In this document: positions 1 through 11,896 of the stretch, piece after piece
Position numbering within the stretch: the first letter of the stretch is position 1
How the letters are laid out: every line of letters starts with the position of its first letter
Made by a program: the position numbers and the translations under genes
NCBI GenBank assembly: GCA_964016885.1
Contig: OZ024744.1
Span: 81,778,001-81,842,000, forward strand
Reading direction: 5' to 3'
DNA: 64,000 nucleotides
Source: Eledone cirrhosa
Taxonomy: Eukaryota
Notes under the pieces: generated by a model
What the model was told of the DNA's origin: nothing
Seen by the model: only the letters and a program-made list of their open reading frames with translations
Database searches by the model: none

Positions 1-469
1 TGTCGGGGCTAACTTTTTTACGGATTGAATTGTACAGTGTTTTGACCACTACATCATAGGTAAGATAGTGCGCAACTCCAAGAGAAATGCAATTTATGAT
101 TTCGGTTTCTTTTGCAGCTAAAACTAAATAAGTTTTGTTTACCTTTCTCATTGCTTTTCTTCAGTAAATTGTTCTCATTGCTTTTGTTCGGTAAGTTGTT
201 ATTGTTGACGTTGTGCCTATCAGTGCTATTTGTAGCAAATCCTTGTAACATGAATTATGTATTTAGTCGGATATCTCTACGAATTCGAATAAAAGGTGTC
301 TTCAGTGGATATAGTTAGAAGAATAGCCAGTTATTCAACATGACTGGTAGTTGTGGCATTCGCATTGACTGTCCATGTATGTCTATATGTATGTCTATAT
401 GTATGTCTATATATATGTCTCTCTGTCCGTCTGTCAGTCTGTATGTATGTATATATTTCTTCTTGGTAG

Positions 470-695
470 TTGTATTAGAAGCATTAGTAGCAACAGCAGC
501 AGCATCTGCAGTAGTAGTAGTAGTGGTAGTAGTAGCAGCAGCAGCAGTAGCAGCAGCAGTAACAGCAGCAGAAGCAGTAGCAGCAGTAGCAGTAGTAGTA
601 GTAGTAGTAGTAGTACTAGTAGTAGTAGTAGTAGTAGTAGTAAGAGTAGGGGTATTAGTAGCAGCAGTAATAACAGCATCTCTTGTAATTGACCC
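470..695. repeat. (GTA/GCA)n trinucleotide microsatellite
   Basis: Directly visible repeat; flanks shared with the 1269-2046 block. Confidence 0.95.
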
Positions 696-1057
696 TAGTA
701 ATTGGAGAATACTATCCAAGGTAAATGTAGAGTTATGGGTAACGCGTCGGAAGTATTACGAACAGTGACATCACATGAGCGGAAGTGGACAAACAGAGGG
801 CCTCACTGGAAGTAAGCTGAGCAGTGACGTCACGTGAATAGAAGTGAACAAGTATGTAACGTCTTTCGTAGCTGGTTTATCGTAGCATATGGAAGGGTCT
901 TAATAAGTTTCTCTCAGGCGACATGAGAATTTCTGATCAGATTCTGGGTAGATAGCGTTCTTGGATTTATGACACAGGATAAGAGCGACATTTAGGGCAT
1001 GACTGGGCAAGATAAACGAATTTAAGATTCCAATTTGACAGTAAAATTGACTGAGGT

Positions 1058-1135
1058 AGGGTTTGAACTCAGAACCCCCAAGGGACATTATTAAGTAACC
1101 GTAAGACATTTTGTCTGATACTCTGCCAACCAACC
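1058..1135 (-). mobile_element. Degenerate tRNA-derived SINE head fragment
   Basis: GGGTTTGAACTCAGAA is the reverse complement of the B-box-like TCTGAGTTCAAA of the SINE family at 39870. Confidence 0.55.
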
Positions 1136-1268
1136 GAATATTAATAGCGAAATGGATGGAACTAAAGATCTTTGTTTATAGCCATATTTTTCGCCAACTG
1201 AACATATAATGGTATTCTGACTAATTTACATTGTAAGTATTGAATATCCAGTTGACTAGACTTCAAGT

Positions 1269-1401
1269 TGCAGTAGAAGCATTAGTAGTAGTAGTAGTAG
1301 TGGTGGTGGTGGTGGTAGTAGTAGTGGTAGTAGTAGTAGTAGTAGTAGTGGTAGTAGTAGTAGTGGTGGTAGTAGTAGTGGTGGTAGTAGTAGTAGTAGT
1401 G

Positions 1402-1439
<38 letters not shown>

Positions 1440-1477
1440 GGTAGTAGAAGCATTAGTAGTAGTAGTAGTAGTAGTAA

Positions 1478-1512
<35 letters not shown>

Positions 1513-1708
1513 GTAGTAGTAGTGGTGGTGGTGGTGGTAGTAGTAGTAGTGGTAGTAGTAGTAGTAGTAGTGGTAGTAGTAGTAGTGGTGGTAGTAGTAG
1601 TGGTGGTAGTAGTAGTAGTAGTAGTAGTGGTAGTAGTAGTAGTAGTAGTGGTGGTAGTAGTAGTGGTAGTAGAAGCATTAGTAGTAGTAGTAGTAGTAGT
1701 AGTAGTAA

Positions 1709-1749
<41 letters not shown>

Positions 1750-1938
1750 GTGGTGGTGGTGGTAGTAGTAGTAGTGGTAGTAGTAGTAGTAGTAGTGGTA
1801 GTAGTAGTGGTAGTAGTAGTGGTGGTAGTAGTAGTGGTAGTAGTAGTAGTAGCAGTAGTAGTAGTGGTAGTAGTAGTAGTAGTAATAGTGGTAGTAGAAG
1901 CATTAGTAGGAGTAGAGGTAGTAGTAGTAGTAGCATTA

Positions 1939-2007
<69 letters not shown>

Positions 2008-2046
2008 GAAGTAGTAGTAGTAGTAATAACAGCATCTCTTGTAATT
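1269..2046. repeat. (GTA/GTG)n microsatellite with higher-order units and a (TTA)n block
   Basis: Visible repeat punctuated by AGAAGCATTAG at 1275, 1446, 1671 and 1896. Confidence 0.95.
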
Positions 2047-2099
2047 GATCTTAATATTTGGCGTCTTCTTATGTTTATCACTACTAAACCATATACACC

Positions 2100-2276
<177 letters not shown>

Positions 2277-2357
2277 GAGCAAAACTTAAGAACAAGGAAA
2301 TATAAACTCGAAAGACGATGTAAACAAATATACTTAAGGAAATGACAATTGAAAGTT

Positions 2358-2391
2358 ATTCGACGTTTCAACCTTCGCTATTCTTCAGAAA
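2358..2391 (-). ncRNA. Minimal type I hammerhead ribozyme motif (weak stems)
   Basis: Minus strand reads TTT-CTGAAGA-ATAGCGAAGGTT-GAAA-CG-TC-GAA; palindromic ACGT stem III, GUC site; stems I and II only about 3 bp. Confidence 0.5.
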
Positions 2392-2761
2392 GATAGACAG
2401 AATTTTCCAATTTTCAATTTGGTTGTCCCATACGACAGCCTTCATCAAATATATTTGTTTATAGCTATATCTTGGCAGTGTAACCATATTTTTTTTATAT
2501 ACTTTGAAACGTCAAATATTCTATTTTCCTTTTGAAAAGGAAAGGAAAGGGAGTTTAATTCCAGATAAAGTTGTAGGGGCACCGTCATGACATACTGCGT
2601 CATGACATACTGTCTTGGGTATTTTAAACCTGATGGAGCCCATCTCTCTCTCCAGATCGAAACATGGCCGATTTCTTTCAGAGAAGGAAAGCGAAAGGAA
2701 GAAAGATAGAGGAAGAATCGACCTCAGTATTTCACAGGAACTTTTTTTTATTATCAATATA

Positions 2762-2880
2762 AAAAGGATGAACGGTGAAGTTGACCTCTAGGGAGAGATT
2801 TGAACTCTGAGTACAGCGAACAAGAGTAAAATACCGAGGCATTTAACCCGACAACCTAATGACTTTATCCATTCGCCGTC
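2762..2880 (-). mobile_element. Degenerate tRNA-derived SINE
   Basis: AAAGGATGAACGGTGAAGTTGACCTC...GATTTGAACTC resembles the reverse complement of the SINE family at 39870. Confidence 0.65.
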
Positions 2881-2987
2881 TTCCGTGATAGGAAAACTCG
2901 GACTGAATGGTGAATATGTCTACTTTTTTTTCTCAGAGCAATGAACGAAGATGTGCCTAGGTTCCTATGTTTAGAAAACGTAAATAT

Positions 2988-3390
2988 TCACACACACACA
3001 CAGATGCGCAAGCACACGTACACACACACACACACGAACGCACACACACACACGCGCGCGCACACACACGCACACACACACACATACACAATTAGGCATA
3101 TGTACACACACACACACATACACGTACATATACAAACACTTAGACAGACATACACACACTTGCACCAACACATTCATTGGGACGCACATATATACACACA
3201 GAAAGATATCTGTAGATATGCACACGCACAAACACAAACATACACACGCAGACGCACACAGAGACACACATACACTATTACACACCATACTGAAACACAC
3301 ACACACACACACCTGCAAAAACACAGATATATACACATACACAACGAAATACATAATCACAAACTCAAACACAAACATGAACACATTATA
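2988..3390. repeat. Degenerate (CA)n-rich tract
   Basis: Directly visible. Confidence 0.9.
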
Positions 3391-3395
3391 TCTTA

Positions 3396-3593
3396 CGAGA
3401 ATCCGCTGAAAAGTTCATAGGCTGACCAAGATACTCTCATGGAATGACCAAATGAGGTTTATTTTTCAACATAGTCGCTGGAAAGAAATAATGTAGTTGT
3501 TAATAAGAAGAATTGAAATTAATGCATGCAAGATTTCACAGCCCTAGCATCATTCCTTCATAATCAGCCTATGAACGTTTCAGCTCACTCTCG
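3396..3593. mobile_element. Mariner-type MITE, copy 1
   Basis: TIRs CGAGAATCCGCTGAAAAGTTCATAGGCTGA / TCAGCCTATGAACGTTTCAGCTCACTCTCG, TA on both sides; homologous to 3844 and 5340. Confidence 0.85.
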
Positions 3594-3651
3594 TATATAT
3601 ATATATATATTTACACACGCACGCACACACACACACACACACGCACGCACG

Positions 3652-3741
<90 letters not shown>

Positions 3742-3742
3742 C

Positions 3743-3841
<99 letters not shown>

Positions 3842-3843
3842 CA
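3594..3843. repeat. (TA)n-(CA)n microsatellite
   Basis: Directly visible. Confidence 0.95.
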
Positions 3844-4046
3844 CGAGGGTTCGGCTGATAAATTCATAGGCTGACCAAGATACTCTCATGGAATAACTAA
3901 ATGAGATTAATTTTTCAACATAATTCTTCCCTGGAAAGAAACAAGGCAGTTACTGATAAGAAGAGTGGAAATTAAGGCATGCGAAATTTCACAGCTCTAG
4001 CATCACACTTTCGTAGTCAGCCTATGAACTTTTCAACCTACCCTCG
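3844..4046. mobile_element. Mariner-type MITE, copy 2
   Basis: TIRs CGAGGGTTCGGCTGATAAATTCATAGGCTGA / TCAGCCTATGAACTTTTCAACCTACCCTCG followed by TA. Confidence 0.85.
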
Positions 4047-4369
4047 TATGTGTTCAGTTACGCTAGAAGAATAAGATTATGGTTATTTCTCCCAATGAAT
4101 TCATGCGTCAAAAAAGACTCCATGATATGTATGAAGTCTGTTATGGGGCGTGCAATGCTAATCTTTGATTTAGAAGGGAAAATAGCCTTAAAACATTTGT
4201 ATCTCCCCATAAATAATGGAGTGTACCTTGTTAAAAATACTGTTGTAGAATCTTAGTAAATAGATTAATGGATGTTTTGTTCAATGTACCCTTTTTATGA
4301 GAATTTTCTTAGCACTATAGTTGTTTTCTTTTTATCCAAAACGCTTTTCTGTCAATATATTTACGAGTA

Positions 4370-4695
4370 CAATGTACCTCGACATTCCTGGTTCCGGTTA
4401 TTCGCGGAATTTTCCTTAGAATCTAACTAATAATTGTTCGTGGAAACTACCGCATATTCGCGGAATCGTAAATATCTTCCGCTACTTTTTTATGTGTTTT
4501 TTTCGTGGCAATATATATTTTCTCACACCTTTTAACGCTAAATTATTAATAGCAACATACCGTATTTGCCGGTCTGTATTTTACGTTGTTTTGACGTTTA
4601 TAGGCATTTTTATGGACCACGTCTAATATTCGCGGCTTTTTCATATTCGCGGGTACTCTAAGAACGTAATCCCTGCGAATACAGGGGGACAAATG
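4370..4695. mobile_element. Tigger/pogo-like non-autonomous element
   Basis: TA-CAATGTACCTCGACATTC at left and GCGAATACAGGGGGACAAATG-TA at right; repeated subterminal TATTCGCGG motifs. Confidence 0.7.
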
Positions 4696-4800
4696 TATAT
4701 ATGTTTTACGGTGATTCGATTATAATTGTTTGTGATTTAATTGAATGTGTCATTTATTAGAACTGATATTCATTTTCAACTTAATATAAATATTGTGGTC

Positions 4801-5140
4801 GCAGGCATAGCTGAATGGTTAAGAAGTCGGTTTCACAATCACGATGTCTTGAACTCCATCTAACTGTGTAGCATCTTTATCATAGCTTCCGGTCTATCCA
4901 CGTCTTGTGGGTGAAATTGGGTTGACGGAAACTTTGTGGAAACCCGTCAGATGGGTGAATTGTACATGTAGTTCAAAGGTCCAGCTTTGTCACATATTAC
5001 GTCATATTGATTAGGTTTGAGAATTACATTAAGGCTACACGTGTCTGTGGAATACTCACCCACTTACAAGTTAATTCCCGAATTGGACATTTAATTGAGG
5101 GAACGACTGAACGCTGAACGTTGAATTGGATAAAGAATCA
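4801..5140 (+). mobile_element. tRNA-derived SINE (second family), degenerate
   Basis: A-box-like GGCATAGCTGAATGGTTAAG head followed by body GTGAAATTGGGTTGACGGAAACT...GGAAACCCGTC; 3' boundary approximate. Confidence 0.65.
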
Positions 5141-5339
5141 ATCATATCGTTAAGACTCTCGAAAAGCAAAAGATACCATTGAGTTATGGAGAACCGTTGG
5201 TGAGTCTGTAACTAAAATATCAAAAGGATTTTCAGGATGTTTCTTAGAGAAGATTCAGCTACATATTTCAACCTCAATGTAGCACTTGAACTAATTAAGG
5301 TGAGCTTGGGAAACTCTGAATTTCACAGTTCATCCACTA

Positions 5340-5514
5340 CGAGGCTCGGATGAAAGGTTCATAAGATACTCCCATGGATTGACCAAATGAGGTATATTTT
5401 TCAACATCGTCCATAGAAAGACACAATGCAGTTATTAATAAGAAGAGTCGAAAGTAATGCATCCACGATTTCAAGCCTTCATTGTCAGTCTATGAACTTT
5501 TCAGCTGACCTTCC
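5340..5514. mobile_element. Mariner-type MITE, copy 3 (more diverged)
   Basis: TA-CGAGGCTCGGATGAAAGGTTCATA ... TATGAACTTTTCAGCTGACC; interior homologous to copies 1 and 2. Confidence 0.8.
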
Positions 5515-5809
5515 TACTTAAAGATCGAGTAAAAAACAACCTCATGGGATCTGGTTTTGATCTTTTCGCATCCTCATTATTGAGGATCGGTGACTATGGT
5601 CAATAGTATGGATGCTAATCTAAATAATGCTGTATGGAAATTATTCCAAACGGGAAAAAGTGGTGACGTCGGTAGATCCTCGTCTGACCATTACTCGGAA
5701 GCGAGATAGCGAGCTGATCACAAGAATGAAGTCATTGGCCACTTAAAAAAGTGTCTGTCTAAGGAGTCTCATCTATCCCAGTTTTGAAATCAGAGCGATC
5801 CCTCTAAAC

Positions 5810-6127
5810 CAGGGGTGTTTAACATATTCCATTGGCGGGCCACTTTTGAACATTGGAACAACTATTAGGCCATTAATATTTATTAAGCACTATTCCAAAG
5901 ATTCAGCACAACTTCTTTCCATAACATGGAAGTGGGAAATCATAACACACATAACCCTATCAGCGAAGCCCTTTAGTATAGGTCAACTAACAGAAAATTG
6001 TATTACGGTTACGAAAAAAATTCTAAATAAGCCTACAAAGTAAAAATTAAAAATGGCCGTTGCGGGCCACTCTGACTGGTCTGGCGGGCCGGATTGTGGC
6101 CCGCAAACCGCCTGTTGCACGCCCGTG
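5810..6127. mobile_element. hAT (Charlie-like) MITE
   Basis: CAGGGGTG...CACGCCCGTG termini, GCGGGCC subterminal motifs, flanking 8-mers CTCTAAAC/GGCTAGAC; same family as 33823-34144 in opposite orientation. Confidence 0.8.
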
Positions 6128-6219
6128 GGCTAGACAGATTGCCAACTAATAACGAACTCTGTCTACCTGTTTTCTTTACACACTATTGAAGGGCCGTTGA
6201 CTCTTCTGCGTTCCTCCGC

Positions 6220-6325
6220 CCTTTGACGGATGGGTTTTGTTTTTCATCCCGTAGGTTGTCCAAACATCCTCCTCCTCACCACGCAAGCAAGCTTGGTGGG
6301 GTTGCCAGTTTAATCGCCGACGAAC
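6220..6325 (-). mobile_element. RTE-type LINE 5' UTR fragment
   Basis: Homologous to 35893-35985 and 36612-36701 (CCTCCTCACCA...CTTGGTGGGGTTGCCAGTTTA). Confidence 0.7.
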
Positions 6326-8884
6326 AGTAGTTACTTTAGAGACAAATGAACTGAATAATTTTGCGAATAAATCATCTTCGCGATGAACACAATGAACACA
6401 ATGCAGTCACATTTATAAGATACAAAATCGTAGACTTCATGGTTGGCTTTCCATAAACCCATAAACTCAGTTTTCTATGACTCCTAAGAGTTTCAAGTCA
6501 TACGATAGGGTATTGAACTTCCAGTCAAATGGCCTACAGGTTCATATTTTGTAATTTCCATAGAAACAATGTAAGAAGCAATAAGTTTCTTAGTCATTGA
6601 AATGTGTCCAAATCCAGAAAGAGACAGCACTGCACTATGTATTATTTTATTAACATAGACAAAACTTTTGATAGGTTTTGTAAAAGAGAAAATAATATAT
6701 TTTTCTTTATCAAAAATGCAAATGATGAAGGTATACGTTCTAAAAATAGTGCTGTGGGATTATTTGCTTTTCACAAATGTTATATTGTATAAAATTATTC
6801 AAGTTTCTAAAAGAAACAATGTCTTTCTATTTCATAAGTTTTGACGAGCAATAATATTCAATTTCCTATGGTCCAATCCAACTATTTTCAGAATATGACT
6901 TGTTAACAATTACATTAAAACTTAAAGAAACAAATCAGCGTAATTTAAAGTACTAATGTCCTTCCATAACAAACTAACCCCCATCCAAATTGAATTTTGA
7001 AAGGTTTTTCACTAATACGTCCCCATCTACTCCATCTACAACTGCATGACTATCTCAGAAACCAATATCATTCTTGCAATTTTATTAGAATAGTATGAAT
7101 ACTGTAGATTCAAACACAAATAAACGTGTGCATTTGAATAATTTTGTCGACAGAGGTAGATAGATATTAAAAACAGAAAAGCATTTGAACTGTTGAGCTT
7201 TGGGAAGTAAACAATACTTGGTTGATTTGAATTGTGATAATTACAAAGAATTCAGACAGGATATATGTCTAATATTTACGTATAATAGTGTAATGACATC
7301 GACGAAAGTGCAGAGAAATTGCTTGTTCTAATATGATTATCTCTGAAATTGAGCACAGCATTTGCCAGTGAAACATAACTATCTAATGTTGCTATTAATG
7401 TCACCAGGTGACCTGGACACAACTATCAGGACGGAATGTATTCTCTTTTGAATTGAGAACTAAATGGCTTCAAAGGACATTCACAAGACACAATTGTTCT
7501 GGATATATTATTGCAGAGAAAGGTGAGATTAATGTAGATAAACAGGTCTAATGGTTACAGTTCTTCTGTTTAAATAGCTATATTGAGAACCATCACATTT
7601 TGATGAGGAACATATCAACAGTCGTCAACAGAGAATTAATGAACTGTTTTAGTTTGTAATGCGTTCGATATAGTGGATTACAAGATAAACCCCAATTCTG
7701 TTTTCCAATTAAAAACCAAAGAAGACTCATGAAGAGTCAATTTAACACATTAATTCAGTAATTGATTACTGAAAAATGTAATTTTTTTCTGCAAACTCCT
7801 ATATTAAAAATAGCACTATATATACTATGAATATTTTATGTTTTAAAGTTTCTTTGCTCTGATAATGTACAAACATGATTAGTGTTCTTTTATGACACCA
7901 CAAACATGCAATCATTCATTTATACCAATTGTATATATTGAAATTGTGTTTAAATTATCTGTCTAGTATTGTTTGTTGTAGCTTATATCACCGCAAAGAG
8001 TATATTTTATCTCGTAATAGTTTATTCTTTTAACACGTTGCACTGCTGTTCAAATAATCTTTTCTCTGAGCGGCATTGTATAACTGGCAAAAGTAATTTA
8101 ACTCTCCATGGCCAATCTCTCTTAATTACGAAGTTTTACCTCTGTAAATACATGAACTAATGCATAATAATTGCTTAATGACAGGAATATTTCCCAGGGA
8201 TGCCTTCTGCATGAATAACACTTACATAAATAGAGGATAAAATACATAGCTTTTTCATGACAACATTTCCAATGAAAGACACCGTATTTCAACTAATGTA
8301 TGACGAATTTGGAGTTATTTACTAAAATTATTATATATAAAATTTCCTTATTAAGATAGTATGCATAACATAACATAACATAATGAAAGGTTTCTATATA
8401 AAATTATGTAGATATTCATTAAAATGGAAACCTTATAATATGTGATTTTATTTTATAGAAACAAAATCGGTTTTAATCGGGTTGATATAAAAAATGTTAA
8501 TCTATACTCAACCCAGTTTTTAATCAGTTAAAATTACACGCATGTGAAAAGAAAAATCATTAGCGTTAATGACAAGTCTCATTAAAAGCCAAGGGAGACA
8601 ACTTCGAAATTATAATTGATCTATAGAATCATTAGTTAATGTTCGGCCAAGATAATATATAATAGACATCTACTTTGTATCAATATGTTCTGGATTCTTC
8701 TTATTTGTCTTATGTCTTTTACATAGAATGTTGTCATGGCGTTAATTAATCTATAATTACTTATAAATCACTTTGTTTAGACGAATTAACATGCAACCCA
8801 TAAAATATGTCTCCTTTTCTACATAAATCTCTTCTGGATAATTAAAAAAAAAAAAAATTTCCATACCTGGGTACATAGAGGTTC

Positions 8885-9501
8885 AAACTTCACAAGCATC
8901 TTACCCTAGGGTAGAAACTTAGTTGAGTAACCTAAAGCTAAATGGCTCATAACTGCAGTTTCAAGGACCAAGAACAGTATTGACTATCTCAATAGATTAA
9001 GGCGCTCCATTCTGCTAGAAAGCCCTATTTTTGTATTAGATATTCTATCTGAATTAGGGTTTGTTAGCAATCTTTTCCATTGAAATGTTATGTATATTAG
9101 TGAAAAAATTACTTTTGTATGATATTTGCTACTTCTTAAATGTTGAGTTGATAGAAAATTTATACTGACTGCTATTTCTAGTGGCAATTTAGACTCTTCA
9201 CTTTGTCTGCGATAAACAAATATTTACCCTGTTGGTCGATCCACGCATGCGTGCAGTATTGCTCACCATGCCAATTCGGTGAGGACACAAGTTGTTCACT
9301 AAGAGATTAATATATCCTTTTCTTATAATAATCAGAACCACTCTGAAGATAGTTCTTTCTGGCAGAATAGAATGCCTCAATCTATTGAGATGATTAGTAG
9401 TTTTTGGTCCTTGAAACTGCAGTTAGGGGACTTGCTGAGCCATCTAGCTTTAGGTTACTCAACTATGATCCTACCAGTAGGGTAAGATAGTTGTGAAGTT
9501 T
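8885..9501. repeat. Diverged inverted repeat (arms about 8885-9022 and 9355-9501), probable inverted Penelope pLTR pair
   Basis: AGTTGAGTAACCTAAAGCTA vs TAGCTTTAGGTTACTCAACT; CTGCAGTTTCAAGGACCAA vs TTGGTCCTTGAAACTGCAG. Confidence 0.8.
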
Positions 9502-9746
9502 TTCTTGTTTTAGATTAATTTTCTAGGATCTACCCATTGGTGATTTTGTATTTCCGTATTATATGTTCTATATGTATATGTTTCTCTGAATTAGTTTTTT
9601 TTTAGCAATCTTTTCATTGAGATGTTAAGTATATTACAAATTTTACTTATGTATGATATATATATATATATATATATGAAAGGTTAGAAATTGCATATAT
9701 AGTGACACAAAACGTGAGTAAGTACTTTTTAGTCACTCTGTATATA

Positions 9747-9799
<53 letters not shown>

Positions 9800-9800
<1 letters not shown>

Positions 9801-10048
9801 AAAGTATGACCCCGTCGGCAGAGCTCAAGCCGTTTCGATGGCTCTTTCTGGACTAAAGTAAGAGTTTTTTTAGTCTAAAGATTTTTTTCAGACTAAAAAA
9901 ACTCTTACTTTAGTCCAGAAATAGCCGTCGAAACGGCTTGAGCTCTGCCGTCGGGGTCATACTTTCCCCTATTACCCACTCTACTACCCTAAGTATTGAG
10001 TACTCTGGTACGTTATGGTCCATCTGGTTCCTTACCACAACTCCTCCG

Positions 10049-10050
<2 letters not shown>
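9800..10050 (+). mobile_element. (TA)n-flanked pLTR-like element beginning with a 167-bp palindrome (9800-9966)
   Basis: Near-perfect inverted repeat; tail homologous to 23062-23249 in reverse orientation; contains the GAAA-CGGC...GCCG-TC half of a hammerhead. Confidence 0.75.
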
Positions 10051-10086
<36 letters not shown>

Positions 10087-10814
10087 GTGTGTGTGCGTGT
10101 GTGTGTGTGTGTGTGTGCATATAATTAAGAATTAATAACTATTTATTCTGTACTAATCAATGTTCCAGCCTGGTTTCTATTTTATTCAAATTTAGATACA
10201 GATTTAAATTTAATGCTTTCTTTCTTTATTATCTAGCCGGCTTCATCAATGCAGAGATCGAATTATTATAGAAAGTACAGAACATTTTTAGTATGTTTAA
10301 AGTTCAGACGAGGAAGAATTTAAAGTAAAAACATCTACACAGACTGTAGTAATTAAAACATTTTCTTTTATTTTTTTTATTCTTTGTTCTTTGGAAGTGG
10401 AAGAATTTAAAGATAAAAGACAAAGAGAACATGTAGCAGTCTTTTTGTGTCAGTCGACCTTATACAATACCAGAAAAATTAATTCTTCGAAAAGGTTTTT
10501 TTTCTTTCAGCGGTATGCTTTTCTCCTTGCGACGTCAGTTAAAAATCTTATTCCTGTGGACGTCTCAGAGCGTTCACAAGACCTTGTGTTATACGTACTA
10601 ATTAAGTTTTCCGCCAAGTTTTATAAACCTAAGTTACCAATGTCACTCGTTTTAAATTCTTACTTTACCAAAACACAACCACCCTATCTGCTATTAACTA
10701 AATGTGTGCACTCTGAACAGCTGATTGCAGCTGCATTAGTGCAATTCGACCGATTTATTGAGTGAGGTAGGCGTTGGCCGGAGAACGTTGACTTAATACC
10801 AGCGATCTTCGTTA

Positions 10815-10872
<58 letters not shown>

Positions 10873-10878
<6 letters not shown>

Positions 10879-11436
10879 GAGAAGAATTGAGTGCTGCGTG
10901 GTTGCACATGGGTTACATATGAAAAACATTAGTCCTTCATCAGTGATTTTCCAACTATCATCGGTATTTCATCGCTTTGAAAATCATATACCTCCAGTTG
11001 GTGCGAGCAATAGCTAAATAAAGCTATTGGGACAAGTAATATCGCGTAAAGCGAGCGAGACAAGTAAACAAACAAAGATGGTATTGCAACGGAAAGATAG
11101 GAAGAAACAAGCACATGATATCTATTCAGCTTAAGCTGGGTGAATTTCATGGGCGAGAGAGTTATACAGACCATCTGACGTGGGTGAGGTGTGAGTGAGA
11201 AAGGACCCCACACAGGCCAAACGGGAGGAAGTGAGAGGGGGAGAAGCAGAGAGTGAGTGAGTGGAAATGCGAGGAAGAGGCCAGTCGAGAGAAAGTGTGA
11301 CTGACAGAGGGGGCGAAAGAAGGTGAGAGATACAGAGAGAGAGGGGGGAAGTAGTAAGAGAGAAACAGACAAACGCAGCTGGGGAAAAATATATATATAA
11401 ATATGAGAAGAATTGAATGCTGCGTGGTTGCATATG

Positions 11437-11440
<4 letters not shown>
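10873..11440 (-). mobile_element. (TA)n-flanked unit with terminal direct repeat (period about 525 bp), pLTR/retrozyme-like
   Basis: AAATATGAGAAGAATTGARTGCTGCGTGGTTGCA at 10873 and about 11399; a second partial copy at 20998-21110 on the plus strand. Confidence 0.65.
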
Positions 11441-11500
<60 letters not shown>

Positions 11501-11845
11501 ATATATAAGTGAGTATAGATCCTTTTACTTTAAACCCTTCTTCTGAAATTTAAACATACCTTAGACATTCTAAGGTATCTGTACTAATGAAGCCGACCTT
11601 GTAATAAAGAAATTTTTATTTTAAAATCAAAATTTAAAGAAAATGAAAACCATGCCAAAATATCGATAGGTCCAGGGTGAAAAATTAGTAGAATAACATA
11701 ATTGGTATTTGAACCCCCATAAAATAAATAATTATGGGAATAATATATAATTTGAATTAAACGTACATATATTAAAAGTATGCCGTCACAAGTCGCGTTG
11801 ATGTCTTTCTTTTCTAACAGGAAAACATTAATTTTTTCATCCAAC

Positions 11846-11896
11846 GTACCAGTAATGCACTGGGTAATTGTTGGCCTTGTGCCTAAAGTAGAAACA
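11846..11896 (+). mobile_element. 5'-truncated SINE (51 bp) with 19-bp target-site duplication
   Basis: SINE 3' end GTACCAGTAATGCACTGGG...GTAGAAACA flanked by ATTAATTTTTTCATCCAAC at 11827 and 11897. Confidence 0.9.

Noticed and set aside
268-315. Minus-strand CTGAAGA...GAAT...TA hammerhead-like motif
   Set aside because: GAAA absent and stems II and III do not pair
6400-7750. Possible ancient transposase remnant
   Set aside because: No motif I can assign with confidence; stops in all frames
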